Shown here one piece after another: positions 11,918-23,663 of a stretch of 64,000 nucleotides of DNA. Position 1 is the first letter of the stretch. Every line of letters begins with the position of its first letter. A model generated the notes under the pieces. It saw only the letters and a program-made list of their open reading frames with translations, had not been told where the DNA came from and searched no databases. The position numbers were made by a program, and so were the translations under genes. This DNA is from Nemertoderma westbladi. Its lineage: Eukaryota > Animalia > Xenacoelomorpha. The stretch is from NCBI GenBank assembly GCA_032718475.1, contig JAUCBJ010000630.1, positions 1 through 64,000 of the forward strand, written 5' to 3'.

Positions 11918-14900
11918 TTGAATGAAGTGATAGATCGTTACAACGCGAAGACTCACGATGAACACGCCGTACGATTCTTTACTCAAGAGGCTGTAGAGCC
12001 CAATTCCTATGATAAGGCCCTATCGTTAGAAGAAGAAAGTGCCAAGCAAATACAGGAAACGACTACACGTTTTCTTAAAGATCAAGGTAGGTATGAGATT
12101 GGTCTGCCTTTCCGACGGCGAGAACCCAATTTTATAAACAACCGACCCTTGGCGGAGAAGAGAATTGCGCAACTACATCGACGCCTTATGGCAAATGCTG
12201 CAGCTAAGGAGATGTACAACACCCAGCTGAAGAAATTCATTGACAAGGGATATGCGGAGCGAGTACCGGAAGGAACACCCATAACTGAGAGAACGTACTA
12301 TTTAACACATCATTACGTTCCCAAACCCGGTAAACCCAACGAAGTACGGGTAGTATTTGATGGCTCCGCCCTCTACATGGGCCAATCCCTTAACTCCGAG
12401 TTGTTGCCAGGACCCAACTTACTCCAATCCTTGTTGGGAATACTCTTAAGATTACGACAATATTCGATCGCTTTCACCTCTGATATAGAAGGCATGTTCT
12501 TACAAGTTAAGGTGCTGGATAGGGATCGAGACAGCCTACGATTTCTGTGGTGGCCTGAAGGAGACCTCAACCAGAAACCGGTGGAGTACTGGATGACCAT
12601 CCAGGCTTTTGGAATCATCTCGAGCCCTTCAAACGCCTGCTCAGTAGTGCATACCACTGCTGATGACAACCGGGATGCCTTCTCCAAAGAGGTTATCGAC
12701 AACATCAAATGGGATATATACATGGACGACAATTTAAAGTCCCTCCCATTGGTGGAAGAAGCCATTGATGTCGCCAAAGGAATGGTGGATTGCTTGAAAA
12801 GAGGTGGATTTCGATTAACTAAATTCACCAGCAACTCCCGTGAATTTCTGGAATCGATCCCGGTAGAAGACCGAGGAGTTAAAGATCTAGACCTAATCAA
12901 GGACGATCTTCCAGAAACCAAGACGCTTGGTTTGAAATGGGACACAGAGAGAGATATCCTGTTTTTCCAGCTAAAACACCGAGATAATCCAGTTCGGACT
13001 AAACGGATTTGTCTAAGTATCCTGAGCACTTATTTCGATCCATTGGGATTTATTAGCCCAGTTATATTGATTGCTCGGAGTTTAGTACAACAAATGTGGC
13101 TTGAAAACCACTCATGGGACGATCCACTTAAGGGAGAACTATTAAAGAAATGGATGAAATGGGAAGATTCTCTACCATCCATCGAGAACTTTATAATTTC
13201 CCGTTCATATTTTGGTCATGTTCTCCCCACGTATTCCTATCAACTCCATGTGTTTGGAGACGCCAGCGATATGGGAATAGGTATAGTAGCCTACCTGAGA
13301 GTTGAAACTCCGGATGGAATCAAGGTCGCCTTGGTTACCTCTAAGGCCTTGATAAACAACAAGTTGAAAGTTCCTCGAGCGGAGTTAAAGGTGGCTCTAT
13401 ACGCTACAGCCATCGGCCGGAATGTAACAGAACAGATCGACTATCCACTGGAGAAAACTGTCTATTGGACCGATGCTTTACTCGTGTTGGAGTATATAAC
13501 CAATGAAGTCTGTCAGTTCAGCGTCTTCGTTACCAACAGAGTAGCCATTATACTTAGTCGCACGAAGATAGATCAATGGAGACATTGCGCCAGGACGATT
13601 AATCCAGCCGACATCGCCTCCAGGGGAACAACTCCACAAGAACTGATAGATACTCCAGACTGGTTAGGTGGACCCGACTTCCTAAGCAAGGAAGAGGATG
13701 AATGGCCTCCTCATCTTACTACGGCGGAGATTAGACAAGCCAAGGGAGCGGAGAAAGTCAAACCTAAAACCCGGGCGAGTAAATCGAAGTTATTTAAACC
13801 CGTGATAGATCTGTCTGTATTACACACTTCCGGAGACGACACTTTGGATCCAAAACCCCCCGCCACTAATAAGTCTGTTGTGGAAATCAGAGAGAGAGAT
13901 TGGAAATCTGGAACACCAGACGTCTCGCAAGGACTCTCACCTCTCCTGCAGAGAGCGATACATCACTATAGTTCCTGGAATCGGCTCTGTAAGGCCGTTA
14001 CATATTTAAAGCGATGTTTTCATCATCACTACTCCAGGACGAAGACCACTAGTGATACCGCTCCACTGACATCTGCGCAGGTACATGTTGTTAAAGATCT
14101 TCCCAAATACAAGATATCAGACAGATTTCTGAAGGAGAAAATCAGTTACCAGGAGCATGAAGAAACCAATAAGCAGATACTGAGACTCCTGCAATGCTAT
14201 GAGGATTCCGATAAGTATTTCCTGTTGTTGAGAAATCCACAGATGCGCTTAAGGGATCGTTTCTCTAGCACAATGATAGATGGGTTAATACGTGTTGGAG
14301 GAAGACTAACTAATGCTCCATTATCCTTTGACACTGAGTTTCCCATACTCATTAGAAATCTTGAAATACAAATCAAGATGATTGTAGATGTTCACAGTAA
14401 GCTTTATCATGCTGGTAGAGAACGAGTTCTTAGCGAAATTCGAACTCGCTATTATTTTCATAAACCCCGTAGAGCTCTGAACCAAGTTCTTAGGAACTGC
14501 ATACCCTGTAGGAAAGCATTCAGTAGGCCTTTAACACAGCGAGAGGCAGAATTACCTAGGGAACGAGTAAGCTTCTATGAACCACCCTTCACAAATACCA
14601 GTGTGGATTTATTTGGCCCTATTGAGGTATATCGTGCTAGGACTATAGTTAAGAGATGGTGTGTCATCTTTGTCTGTATGACTTGTAGAGCTATCCATCT
14701 CGATATGGTGAACGATTTATCTACCAATAGCTTCATATTGAGCTTACGCCGACAGATCGCTCGCTTTGGAACTAGTAACACGATGAGACCTGATAAGGGA
14801 ACGAACTTCATTGGTGCCAACAATGAAATCATGGCTTATGTCAAAGATTGGAACCAAAGACAGGTGGACGATCAGCTAAGGGTAACAGCTTCTAGCTGGG

Positions 14901-15596
14901 GAGCCCCACGCCCCTTGGTGGGGAGGAAGTTGGGAGAGATTAATCAGGAGCGTGAAGACCGCATTTCACTTTATAGTGCCGTGCCGCGCGTATCTCACCG
15001 ACGAACTTTTGCGGACGTTAATGGAGGAAATTGCCGCCTATCTCAACGAGAGACCGCTTATGCCAGTCTCATCGAGTCCCGATTCCCTGGAAGCGCTAAC
15101 ACCCGCACACTTCCTACTGAAGAAACCTGTAGCCATGCTCCCACGATCGGAAATCACGGACGGAGACGAATACTGCCGGCAAACTTGGCAACTTATGCAG
15201 TTGTTATCCGGTCGTTTCGCTGACCACTTCGAAAAACATTATCTGCCTACGCTACAACTTCGAACTATGTGGTTTGCGCAGCAAGAAAACGTCAGCGCAG
15301 GAGACATGGTCCTTATTGTGGAGTCAGATCTTCCACGTAAGTGGTGGCAGACAGGTCGTATCATCGAGACTCATATCTCAGATGATGGTTTGGTGCGATC
15401 GGTAGAACTCGTCGTCATGCGACGTAACTTTAAGAAACCGGGAATTGTCTTCGAGACGCAGCAGCTCAATCGCCCAGTTGGTCGTTTATGTTTACTGGAA
15501 AGAGACAGAGAAATCTCTGGAAACTATGGAAGGCAAGATACTCTTCCCACGACCACCTCCCTAATCCAACCAACATCCAGGGACTCCCCAACGTGA
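11918..15596 (+). pseudogene. BEL/Pao pol: reverse transcriptase, RNase H, integrase and C-terminal DUF5641-like region; frameshift/deletion near 14890-14950
   Basis: VRVVFDGS, LPGPNLL, DIEGMFLQV, YMDD, FDPLG, FGDAS, PRAEL, WTD, NPADIASRG, HHCC zinc finger, DLFGP, LNERPL, LTPAHFL, WQTGRI..RPVGRLCLLE. Confidence 0.95.
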
Positions 15597-15661
15597 CAGC
15601 GTCTGGAGTGGGTGTGTGACTATATTATTTCATATATTTTTATTATTTTTATATTTATGTA

Positions 15662-17350
15662 TGTGGGGCGAGCCACGAAGTTGGCGGAGCCTTAGCGAAT
15701 TGACACTGTTAGGGGGTGGGTCAATTTATGCAAATAGTTGTCGTTGTCGTCGTTGTCGTCGTCGGGGCGAGCCACGAAGTTGGCGGAGCCTTAGCGAATT
15801 GACACTGTTAGGGGGTGGGTCAATTTATGCAAATAGTTGTCGTCGTCGTCGTCGTTGTCGTCGTCGTTACGATTTTGACATGCTAATAACTTTGTCGGAT
15901 TTAAAGCTGCCAAGTTGAAAATTTGGAGGTATCAATATGAGCAAAAGTTGAGATTTTTGAGAGACTTTCAGACACCATCAGTGCAATGGTCTCCCGCTAG
16001 AGGGCCACATGTCTAAACATTAAATGCCCTCCCATTTCTTTGCTTTTAATCCGTTTAAGCTGAAACTTGGCAGATATGTATTAGACCATTAGCTGTGACT
16101 TTCAAAGGAGGCGAATCCATCTGCAGTTCTCCAGTCTGCCGCTAGAGGGCCAAAGGTCTGAAAGTGAAATCGTTGTCGTCGTTACGATTTTGACATGCTA
16201 ATAACTTTGTCGGATTTAAAGCTGCCAAGTTGAAAATTTGTATGTATCAATATGAGCAAAAGTTGAGATTTTTGAGAGACTTTCAGACACCATCAGTGCA
16301 ATGGTCTCCCGCTAGAGGGCCACATGTCTAAACATTAAATGCCCTCCCATTTCTTTGCTTTTAATCCGTTTAAGCTGAAACTTGGCAGATATGTATTAGA
16401 CCATTAGCTGTGACTTTCAAAGGAGGCGAATCCATCTGCAGTTCTCCAGTCTGCCGCTAGAGGGCCAAAGGTCTGAAAGTGAAATCGTTGTCGTCGTTAC
16501 GATTTTGACATGCTAATAACTTTGTCGGATTTAAAGCTGCCAAGTTGAAAATTTCTAGGTATCAATATGAGCTAAAGTTGAGATTTTTGAGAGACTTTCA
16601 GACACCATCAGTGCAATGGTCTCCCGCTAGAGGGCCACATGTCTAAACATTAAATGCCCTCCCATTTCTTTGCTTTTAATCCGTTTAAGCTGAAACTTGG
16701 CAGATATGTATTAGACCATTAGCTGTGACTTTCAAAGGAGGCGAATCCATCTGCAGTTCTCCAGTCTGCTGCTAGAGGGCCAAATGTCTGAAAGTGAAAT
16801 CGTTGTCGTCGTTATGATATTGACATGCTTATAACTTTGTCGAATTTAAAGCTGCCAAGTTGAAAATTTGTTTTGTTGAAAATCAGTTCAACAGTCACCC
16901 GCTATAGGACTACTTTATCCCTGAAAGTGAATAGATTCTCCCATCTCATTGATTTTAATCAGTTTAAGCTGAATCTTGCCATATATTCTGGACCACATGC
17001 TGCGTCTTTGTGGGGGGGGGGGGGGGGGAGATTTAATCGGTCTGCCGCTATACGACGAAATTTCTGAAAGTGAGATCCGTCTCTCATTTCGTTATCCGTT
17101 ATTCAAGATGAAACTTAGCCGATGTACGTATGTACTATTCATCCATAGGCTGTGTCTTTGTGGGGCTGGAGACCCTAATCCATCTTCAGTTCTCACTATA
17201 CCGCTAGAGTCAGAAATGTCTGAACAGAAATGAAAGAGGTAAAAAGTGATTAGGCGAAATCTGCTTAAAATTTGCTAATACAGTAATACTTTCAAATTAG
17301 TACTTAAATTAAATTTAAGTCACGTGCTGCGCGAAGGCCCCACTTCGTGT
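15662..17350 (+). mobile_element. Helentron-associated/DINE-1-like non-autonomous element with central tandem repeats, nested in the BEL 3' region
   Basis: 5' GTGGGGC..CACGAAGT mirrored by 3' GCCCCACTTCGTG; (GTC/GTT)n microsatellite after the head; head duplicated at 99-bp spacing; 315-bp central repeats. Family assignment is inferred from architecture. Confidence 0.65.
15865..16870. repeat. 315-bp tandem repeat, ~3.2 near-identical copies, each a dimer of related subunits
   Basis: GAT(T/A)TTGACATGCT at 15871, 16186, 16501, 16816; GCTAGAGGGCCA twice per unit. Confidence 0.95.
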
Positions 17351-18986
17351 ATTATTATGTACTCTTATTATAATCGTTTTCTTTAATTTTATTTAGTAGA
17401 ATGTTGTTTTAGCGATTATCTAGTAGATTAGTGCAATATATATTAGTCTTATTACTTAATTACTTATATAATATATATTTAGTGCGACGGCGAGAAATAA
17501 CTCTTTTTCTCTTTCCTTACTGTCCGTATCATATTATAAATACGTGACTACAGTAAGATGAAATGTCCGTACTTATTAAAGTACAATAAAGCTCCTACTA
17601 TATTCAAGTATTATTGGTAAGTAGAGTATTAGGAATGCAAAATTCAGATCCTCGTGTCTCGGCTAAATCAAGCTCTGGGTAGACCTTGGAAACGACTTGC
17701 CTCTTCTCACTGACATTGCTTCTTGCAATATTGCTCTCATACCGTATATTAAATAATACATATAGTAGCGTGATGTCCCTTAAACAGTAGCGTAAAACGC
17801 AAAACAAATCTGTTAAACCCTTTGACCATCTGTAATTCTAGTCAATTAAGATATCGCGGCACCCACCGATATACTTGAAAGATAAAATTCTAGAATCAAT
17901 GGTTAACGTCCCCAGACCTGTTCTGGAATAAACCGGTGCCCATCTTAAATATTAACTATTAATATTTATAAAATCTGTCAAATAAATACAATAGAGTAAC
18001 CACTTACAAGTTAACTCTAGAAAATCTATAAATTAAAATCTGTAAAATTTTAGATCCTTTAAATTTCTAGTTTATTAAGATATCGTAGCACTTACCGATA
18101 CTCTTAAAAGGACAAATTTCCTAGAATTAAGGATCCTAGTCCCCAGACATGTTCTGGAATAAAATTATGTCTTTTTTAAGGATAAATAATAAAATTTACG
18201 GGAATAAATTTAAATTCATCTTTTTTAATGAATTTGATAAATTGTCATTTTTATACAATTTATAACATTCCCAAAATTCCATTAATTAATAAATCATGGG
18301 AGCGGAGATTCACCCTATTAAGTGTATTAGTGTGCGAGAATCTCCCATATATAGTCAATAGCCGATAAAATTCATAAAATCATGTATAAGGGGGATATTG
18401 ACAATTAAAGAATTACTATTAAATAGCATCCCAGATCTGTATGCATGGGAATTACCCTAATTCTACTGCTAGCTTTCCATAATGTCACCATAGCAACAAC
18501 CACGCTAGAATTAGAAGCGAGTTAAAAGAACAATAGAAAGCTTGCCCCATTGAATAGCATAGGGAATAAATAGCACACTGCTAGTATCCAAGGATACATA
18601 ATAATAACGTGGCATTCTGGAAGGCACTTGACTAACGGACAAATGGCCCGAATGTGTACAATTTGTGACAGTTGTGTGGAATTTGTGCGTTTATAGGTGA
18701 ATGTTACTACTAAAGTGTGTTTACAGTAGCGAGTCGCAATTGTGAAAGTAGCCCTACCTCTGCAGTAAGAACCTGAAGTAAATCTAAGCCTTTGGGACGG
18801 ACAGTGGAGTGACTCGCGCTGGTTATTGTTGTCGTTGTGTAGCTACTACGTTGGCGAAAAACACAGCGACGACGGTACATCGGCGCTGAGGATCTTGCAC
18901 TGTCCGGGGGCCGTGAGGGGTAGGCAGCGACGCCCGCTAGCCTAATTATAAACTCATTATAATATTGATAAACTCATATAGCAGCT

Positions 18987-19364
18987 ATGACTGAGTTGAT
19001 AGAAGATGATCTTGGTATCAGGGAGCGATATACTCTACCTTTACAAGCGTTTGTTGATAGCTTGATACCCGGCGACGCTAGTCCAACTACTACGGAGGAC
19101 GATGGTCATTATATCGAACCGCCGATGTCCCAGGAGCAACTTACGCTTGAATTGGACTATAGAAAATTCACCGCTCGCTATACGCATCATAATGGTACGT
19201 ATATGGACTTCTTAACTACTGGCCATCCTATCGATTTACACGATACGGACTATGTAGACATCGAAAGGGAAATGGTTTTATTTAAATATCATACCCAGCA
19301 AAGTCGGAATGATAAATCGAGAATAGAACACGAGAATTCTATTCGAAACCGACTCGAAAGATAG
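18987..19364 (+). CDS. Retrotransposon accessory ORF, N-terminal part (125 aa, unknown function)
   Basis: ATG ORF inside the LTR-bounded element; paralog at 22274 aligns without indels (16 aa differences in 125). Confidence 0.6.
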   Translation: MTELIEDDLGIRERYTLPLQAFVDSLIPGDASPTTTEDDGHYIEPPMSQEQLTLELDYRKFTARYTHHNGTYMDFLTTGHPIDLHDTDYVDIEREMVLFKYHTQQSRNDKSRIEHENSIRNRLER

Positions 19365-20189
19365 AATGTGGAAGAAGGCTTGTAAAGACAAGTGGAGGAG
19401 AACCACTGGACACCAGACAGGAGAACCACCAGACATACGTTAATGTCCAGGGTCCATGATGTGAATAGTTTTCCCCGGGGCACGGGTGCTCGCGGGCAGT
19501 CTCCTTCGGGAGGCTGTAATTTTTTCTTACTTCATCGTCTTCCTGTAATTATTGTGATCAGTGTCGCAATTAAAGAGCAAGAATGAATGATGACGTAACG
19601 GAAAACATGTCCATCGTGGTATCTTATAGATACTACCATATATCCTTCCTCCTCCTTACTACTATTATCCCTCTATACATCGCTATTGAAGATACAACAT
19701 ACTTCGTCCCACCTTCTCTTCCCAACGTGCTCAGAGCTTTGGGAAACGATCGACCAATCATTGCCGTATCGTGGTATTGATTGTACCGCCTCTTACTAAA
19801 CCTCCCATCCCTTACTATTAATCTGGATGCTTATATTGGTGTCTGCACCTCTTGTCCATGTACCATTCTGTTGGTATTTACAATATCAACTTCCATCCCT
19901 CTTGTCATCGATTAGATAATCAACCACCAATAATTACCTTAAGTCCACGACCGTGATACAAGGACTGAAAGGACACGCGGATAGTCTGTGAACAACTGAT
20001 ACCATTATGTGTCATAAATCTGGTTGTTCACCTCCCTTAATAATTGGGGATAAATTCATTTGGAGATAGTCCTTGAATGATACATTCCCCTACTGAGATC
20101 GTATCTCTGAATATTTCAGAATGCGACATAAGTTTTCCCCTGCTCTCTACCATCAATGGCGTAAAACATATTAGGCATACAACAGGAAC

Positions 20190-21116
20190 ATGGAGAACAT
20201 TCCATATCCTTTCGTAGATACTCAGCTGATTGCTCCCTGGGCAGAAGGCCGAGGTTTCTTCCGCACTATGCATGCCAATACACCCAGCGGTATCACTAAA
20301 GTACAACGAACCTCCATCAGACATCTTGCCTTTCAAGAATACGGATGGAATTTCAAGGTTGGAAATCCTATCAACTACCAACAAGTATATGGAGATCATT
20401 ATTCTCGATTATACTTTGACGGACCATTGACCGCACCTGGCATCGTGTATAACTTTATGAGTGTTCCACTTCGTCCCTCCTTAGCTATATACACGATCTT
20501 TGAAAACGCCGCACTTGCCGGTTGGTTAGCCGATGTGTGCAGTCGTACTATACACGCCCATCCCTTAATACTTGGAACCAAACTCGCCAAGCTAGATGAA
20601 CACAATAAATTCATCCGCTTCGAATGTTTCAGGCGCTTTCTGACTCCGTTCCATAACGTTGATAGTCAGTTCAAAGACCGCGCTCTAACCAAGCTCAGCC
20701 TAAAAGACTCAGCAGCTGAGAAGTTAGACAGCGCTGGATTCGCCATTTTCAAGGATATTTGTATACAGAACTTACATTCCTCCGTTATACAAAGACCTCG
20801 AATACCCACGGGTTATTCTATCGTGGAAGTTCAGACAGTGGGTTCGCTTGAGGAGACAGCCACACCTACCTCAGCTATGCAATTGGAAGACGAACCAATA
20901 TGCTTAGAATCCGAGGAGATTCAGCCTACAGCGCCCCGGAGCAGCGACAACGACTACGTTTTGGAATGGTATCAGGTCCACAGTGTCTCACCGCATACGA
21001 CTATCGACACGCCAACTATGTTTCTCGAAAATGTTGCAGATTATGCGCATCGAGAGACCATCTCACCCCCATGGACTCAGACGTACCCTGCTCCTATTTC
21101 CACGAACAACCGGTGA
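20190..21116 (+). CDS. Retrotransposon accessory ORF (308 aa, unknown function, no obvious TM segment)
   Basis: Long ATG ORF of ordinary globular composition between pol and 3' LTR. Confidence 0.6.
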   Translation: MENIPYPFVDTQLIAPWAEGRGFFRTMHANTPSGITKVQRTSIRHLAFQEYGWNFKVGNPINYQQVYGDHYSRLYFDGPLTAPGIVYNFMSVPLRPSLAIYTIFENAALAGWLADVCSRTIHAHPLILGTKLAKLDEHNKFIRFECFRRFLTPFHNVDSQFKDRALTKLSLKDSAAEKLDSAGFAIFKDICIQNLHSSVIQRPRIPTGYSIVEVQTVGSLEETATPTSAMQLEDEPICLESEEIQPTAPRSSDNDYVLEWYQVHSVSPHTTIDTPTMFLENVADYAHRETISPPWTQTYPAPISTNNR

Positions 21117-21964
21117 TGGAGATCTATTGTGCGTATTGCAGACTCAATAACTTGCACATTTTCGCAGTCTGCCCCCAATTTATGATTCAATGCCATCATT
21201 GTCAACTTAAAGGACATGCCAGTTTTGATTGCCCTTTTAACCGCGATCTGGAAAGCGTAGATGAAATGATTACACTACGCTACATCCAGGCTTGGGAAGC
21301 GAATGCGGATTTACATTGTGAGTCACGCCATCGTTATTACCCTGGACGCGCCTACGAAGGAGTTTATGCGTTCCATCCTTATCTATTCGCGTCTGTTGAA
21401 CAAAAATCCCGCACATCGAGTTACGAACTAATGAAGCGTGTTGGTGAGTGTATTTCAACCAAATTTGTTCGTAAATATCTCAGGAACATTAATCCTAACG
21501 ATATTAATTCCTATAACTTGAGCAACTTTATCCGTCAAGATCCGGAGTATGGCGATTTGTTTATCAACTCGCATCCAGAGTTACAGGAAGTGCATCGACG
21601 GCCCTACGAATATCGAGCCCGAGAATGCGAGTTGGAAAGAACCATTAAACCGAGGAAGTTTCTCACTACTCACGGTCCACCTACCGCTATCGTTCAGACG
21701 ACTCGTCAGGGACCAGTAGGAGCTGCTGTCCTAAAACGCGCTCTAAAGGCCATTAGACCTCGCTCCACTGAGGTTGATATCGATCAACCAGGTACCTCGA
21801 CCGGCGGATACACCGACTGTAATCCTAAACCTTCTGATGCAATTGTATTGCACCCTTCACCCAGGAGTTATAGCCCTCCTAGTAAAGTGGCTCGCCCCAA
21901 AGAGAAAAGGACTCTTGCTAGCCTCAAAAAACTGCGTAAACGCCGTCCGCACAAGAAAGACTAA
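21116..21964 (+). CDS. Retrotransposon accessory ORF with two CCHC-type knuckles and a basic C-terminus
   Basis: CAYCRLNNLHIFAVC and CHHCQLKGHASFDC; KKLRKRRPHKKD tail; ATG overlaps the upstream stop (TGATG 21114-21118), although the frame is open from 20900. Confidence 0.65.
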   Translation: MEIYCAYCRLNNLHIFAVCPQFMIQCHHCQLKGHASFDCPFNRDLESVDEMITLRYIQAWEANADLHCESRHRYYPGRAYEGVYAFHPYLFASVEQKSRTSSYELMKRVGECISTKFVRKYLRNINPNDINSYNLSNFIRQDPEYGDLFINSHPELQEVHRRPYEYRARECELERTIKPRKFLTTHGPPTAIVQTTRQGPVGAAVLKRALKAIRPRSTEVDIDQPGTSTGGYTDCNPKPSDAIVLHPSPRSYSPPSKVARPKEKRTLASLKKLRKRRPHKKD

Positions 21965-22042
21965 CTGTTTAGAGTATTTTTATATTTTAGAAACTGTGAT
22001 TTTTTATATTTTATAGAATTAAATCCCATTTTCTGGGAGCGG

Positions 22043-22149
22043 TGTAAAGGCTTTTGCGGATCTAGCTAGTCATTTTCCCCGCAAAGTACTCTGTAGGTGT
22101 TTTAGCGGACATAAAAAGCCGTTTTCTTACTGTGTAGGTGTTTTAGTGG
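22043..22149 (+). repeat. Truncated 3' LTR (first ~107 bp)
   Basis: Nearly identical to 2751-2859; preceded by PPT-like TGGGAGCGG (22034-22042). Confidence 0.9.
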
Positions 22150-23633
22150 CACAGCGGCGACAGTACATCGGCACTGAGGATCTTGCGCTGTCCGGGGGCA
22201 CTGAGGGGGAGGCAGCGACGACCGCTAGCCTAATTATTATTAACTCTAATATTAATAAACTCATATAGCAGCTATGACTGAGTTAATAGAAGATGATCTT
22301 GGTATCAGGGAGGGATATAGCCTACCATTGCAAGCGTTTGTTGATAGTTTAATAAGAGGCGACGCTAGTCAACATACTACGGAGGACGATGGTCGTTATA
22401 TCGAACCGCCAATGTCCCAGGAGCAACTTACGCGTGAATTGGACTATAGAAAATTCACCGCTCGCTATACGCATCGTAATGGTACGTATATGGACTTCTT
22501 AACTACTGGCCATCCTATCGATTTACACAATACGGACGATCTAGACACCGAAAGGGAAATGGTTTTATTTAAATACCATACCCAGCGGAGTCGGAACGAT
22601 AAACTGAAAATCGAATGCGAAAATTCTATTCGAAATCGACTCGAAAGAGAAGACGTTAAAGAACCGGATAAACGCGGTAACTCCAACGTATATTTGGAAT
22701 TCTTGAGAGAAACATTGTAAAACCGAATAAATATCACCCGCGTTTCCCCTACAAGACGTGCGTCTTTGGTATTGCGATGAATGCCCAAGACCCAACCAAC
22801 AAACGGAAAGACATAAACATCCGCGGAGACATTGCTTTAAACACGGTTTTACTCGCTATATTTACGGGAGTTTCGAGCGAAACTTGTTCGATGTTTCACC
22901 TACGCTCGTTTGATTCAAACGATCCTTAAATAAACCTATGATCAGAGTTCCGGAATACTCGGTCAGTCCTCCTCATTCCCTAGTTAGACCTCAGACTCTT
23001 GATCCTAATAGTATCACGGATCCTCCCGAACTGTACTCACTGTTCAAAGATCTAGTGTTACCCGAACAGTTAGTCGGTGGCACTCTGGTTGTGGGCTCCC
23101 TAGATATTCGCCCATCTTACCTAGCCAGATTGGGACGCGGACATCTAATATCGCCATTCAATCGTATCATCGTCCCGGTTTAACCCAATACAACCTGTCA
23201 CCGAGGCGGAGGAGAGAGTTGTACGAAACGCGTTGGACACTATTCGTCAAAAGATCGGAAAAGGAACCTACAATTGTTTAGAGAAACGTAAATTGCAGCA
23301 GCAAGTCCAAGCAGTAAACGAATTAGCTTTATCTCAGTTCGATCAGGAAATCCAGAATCTCTAAGAAGATATCGAACTTGGACGACTCTACTCTAAAAGA
23401 GTTTTAGACGAATGCTTCCATCAACAAGCGGAGGAAAATCAGCTCGAGGAGAAACATATCGATTCCTATAGAGCCCGAGAACGCGAGTTGAAAAGAATCA
23501 TCAAACCGAGGAAATTCTCACTACACACGGTCCACCTACCGCTTTCGTGCAAACGACCCATCAGGGACCAGTAAGAGCTGCTGTCTTAAAATGCGCTCTC
23601 AAGGTTGTTCGACCTCATTCCACTGAGGTTGAT
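22150..23633 (+). mobile_element. Second, diverged partial copy of the BEL accessory region, including ORF 22274-22720
   Basis: 22150-22660 aligns to 18862-19378 and 23468-23633 aligns to 21612-21778; the middle does not align by eye. Confidence 0.8.
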
Positions 23634-23663
23634 CAGGAGTTGACCAACTGGAACAGTGGTTGA

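Larger units (their letters stand above)
2751..22149 (+). mobile_element. BEL/Pao LTR retrotransposon, decayed, ~19.4 kb including two nested insertions; 3' LTR truncated
   Basis: LTR start TGTAAAGGCTTTTGCGGATCTAGC at 2751 and again at 22043, the latter preceded by purine tract GGGAGCGG; internal gag-PR-RT-RH-IN order with BEL/Pao signatures. Confidence 0.9.

Noticed and set aside
18987-21964. env gene call for the 3' ORFs
   Set aside because: No clear signal peptide, furin site plus fusion peptide, or C-terminal TM anchor seen in the long ORFs
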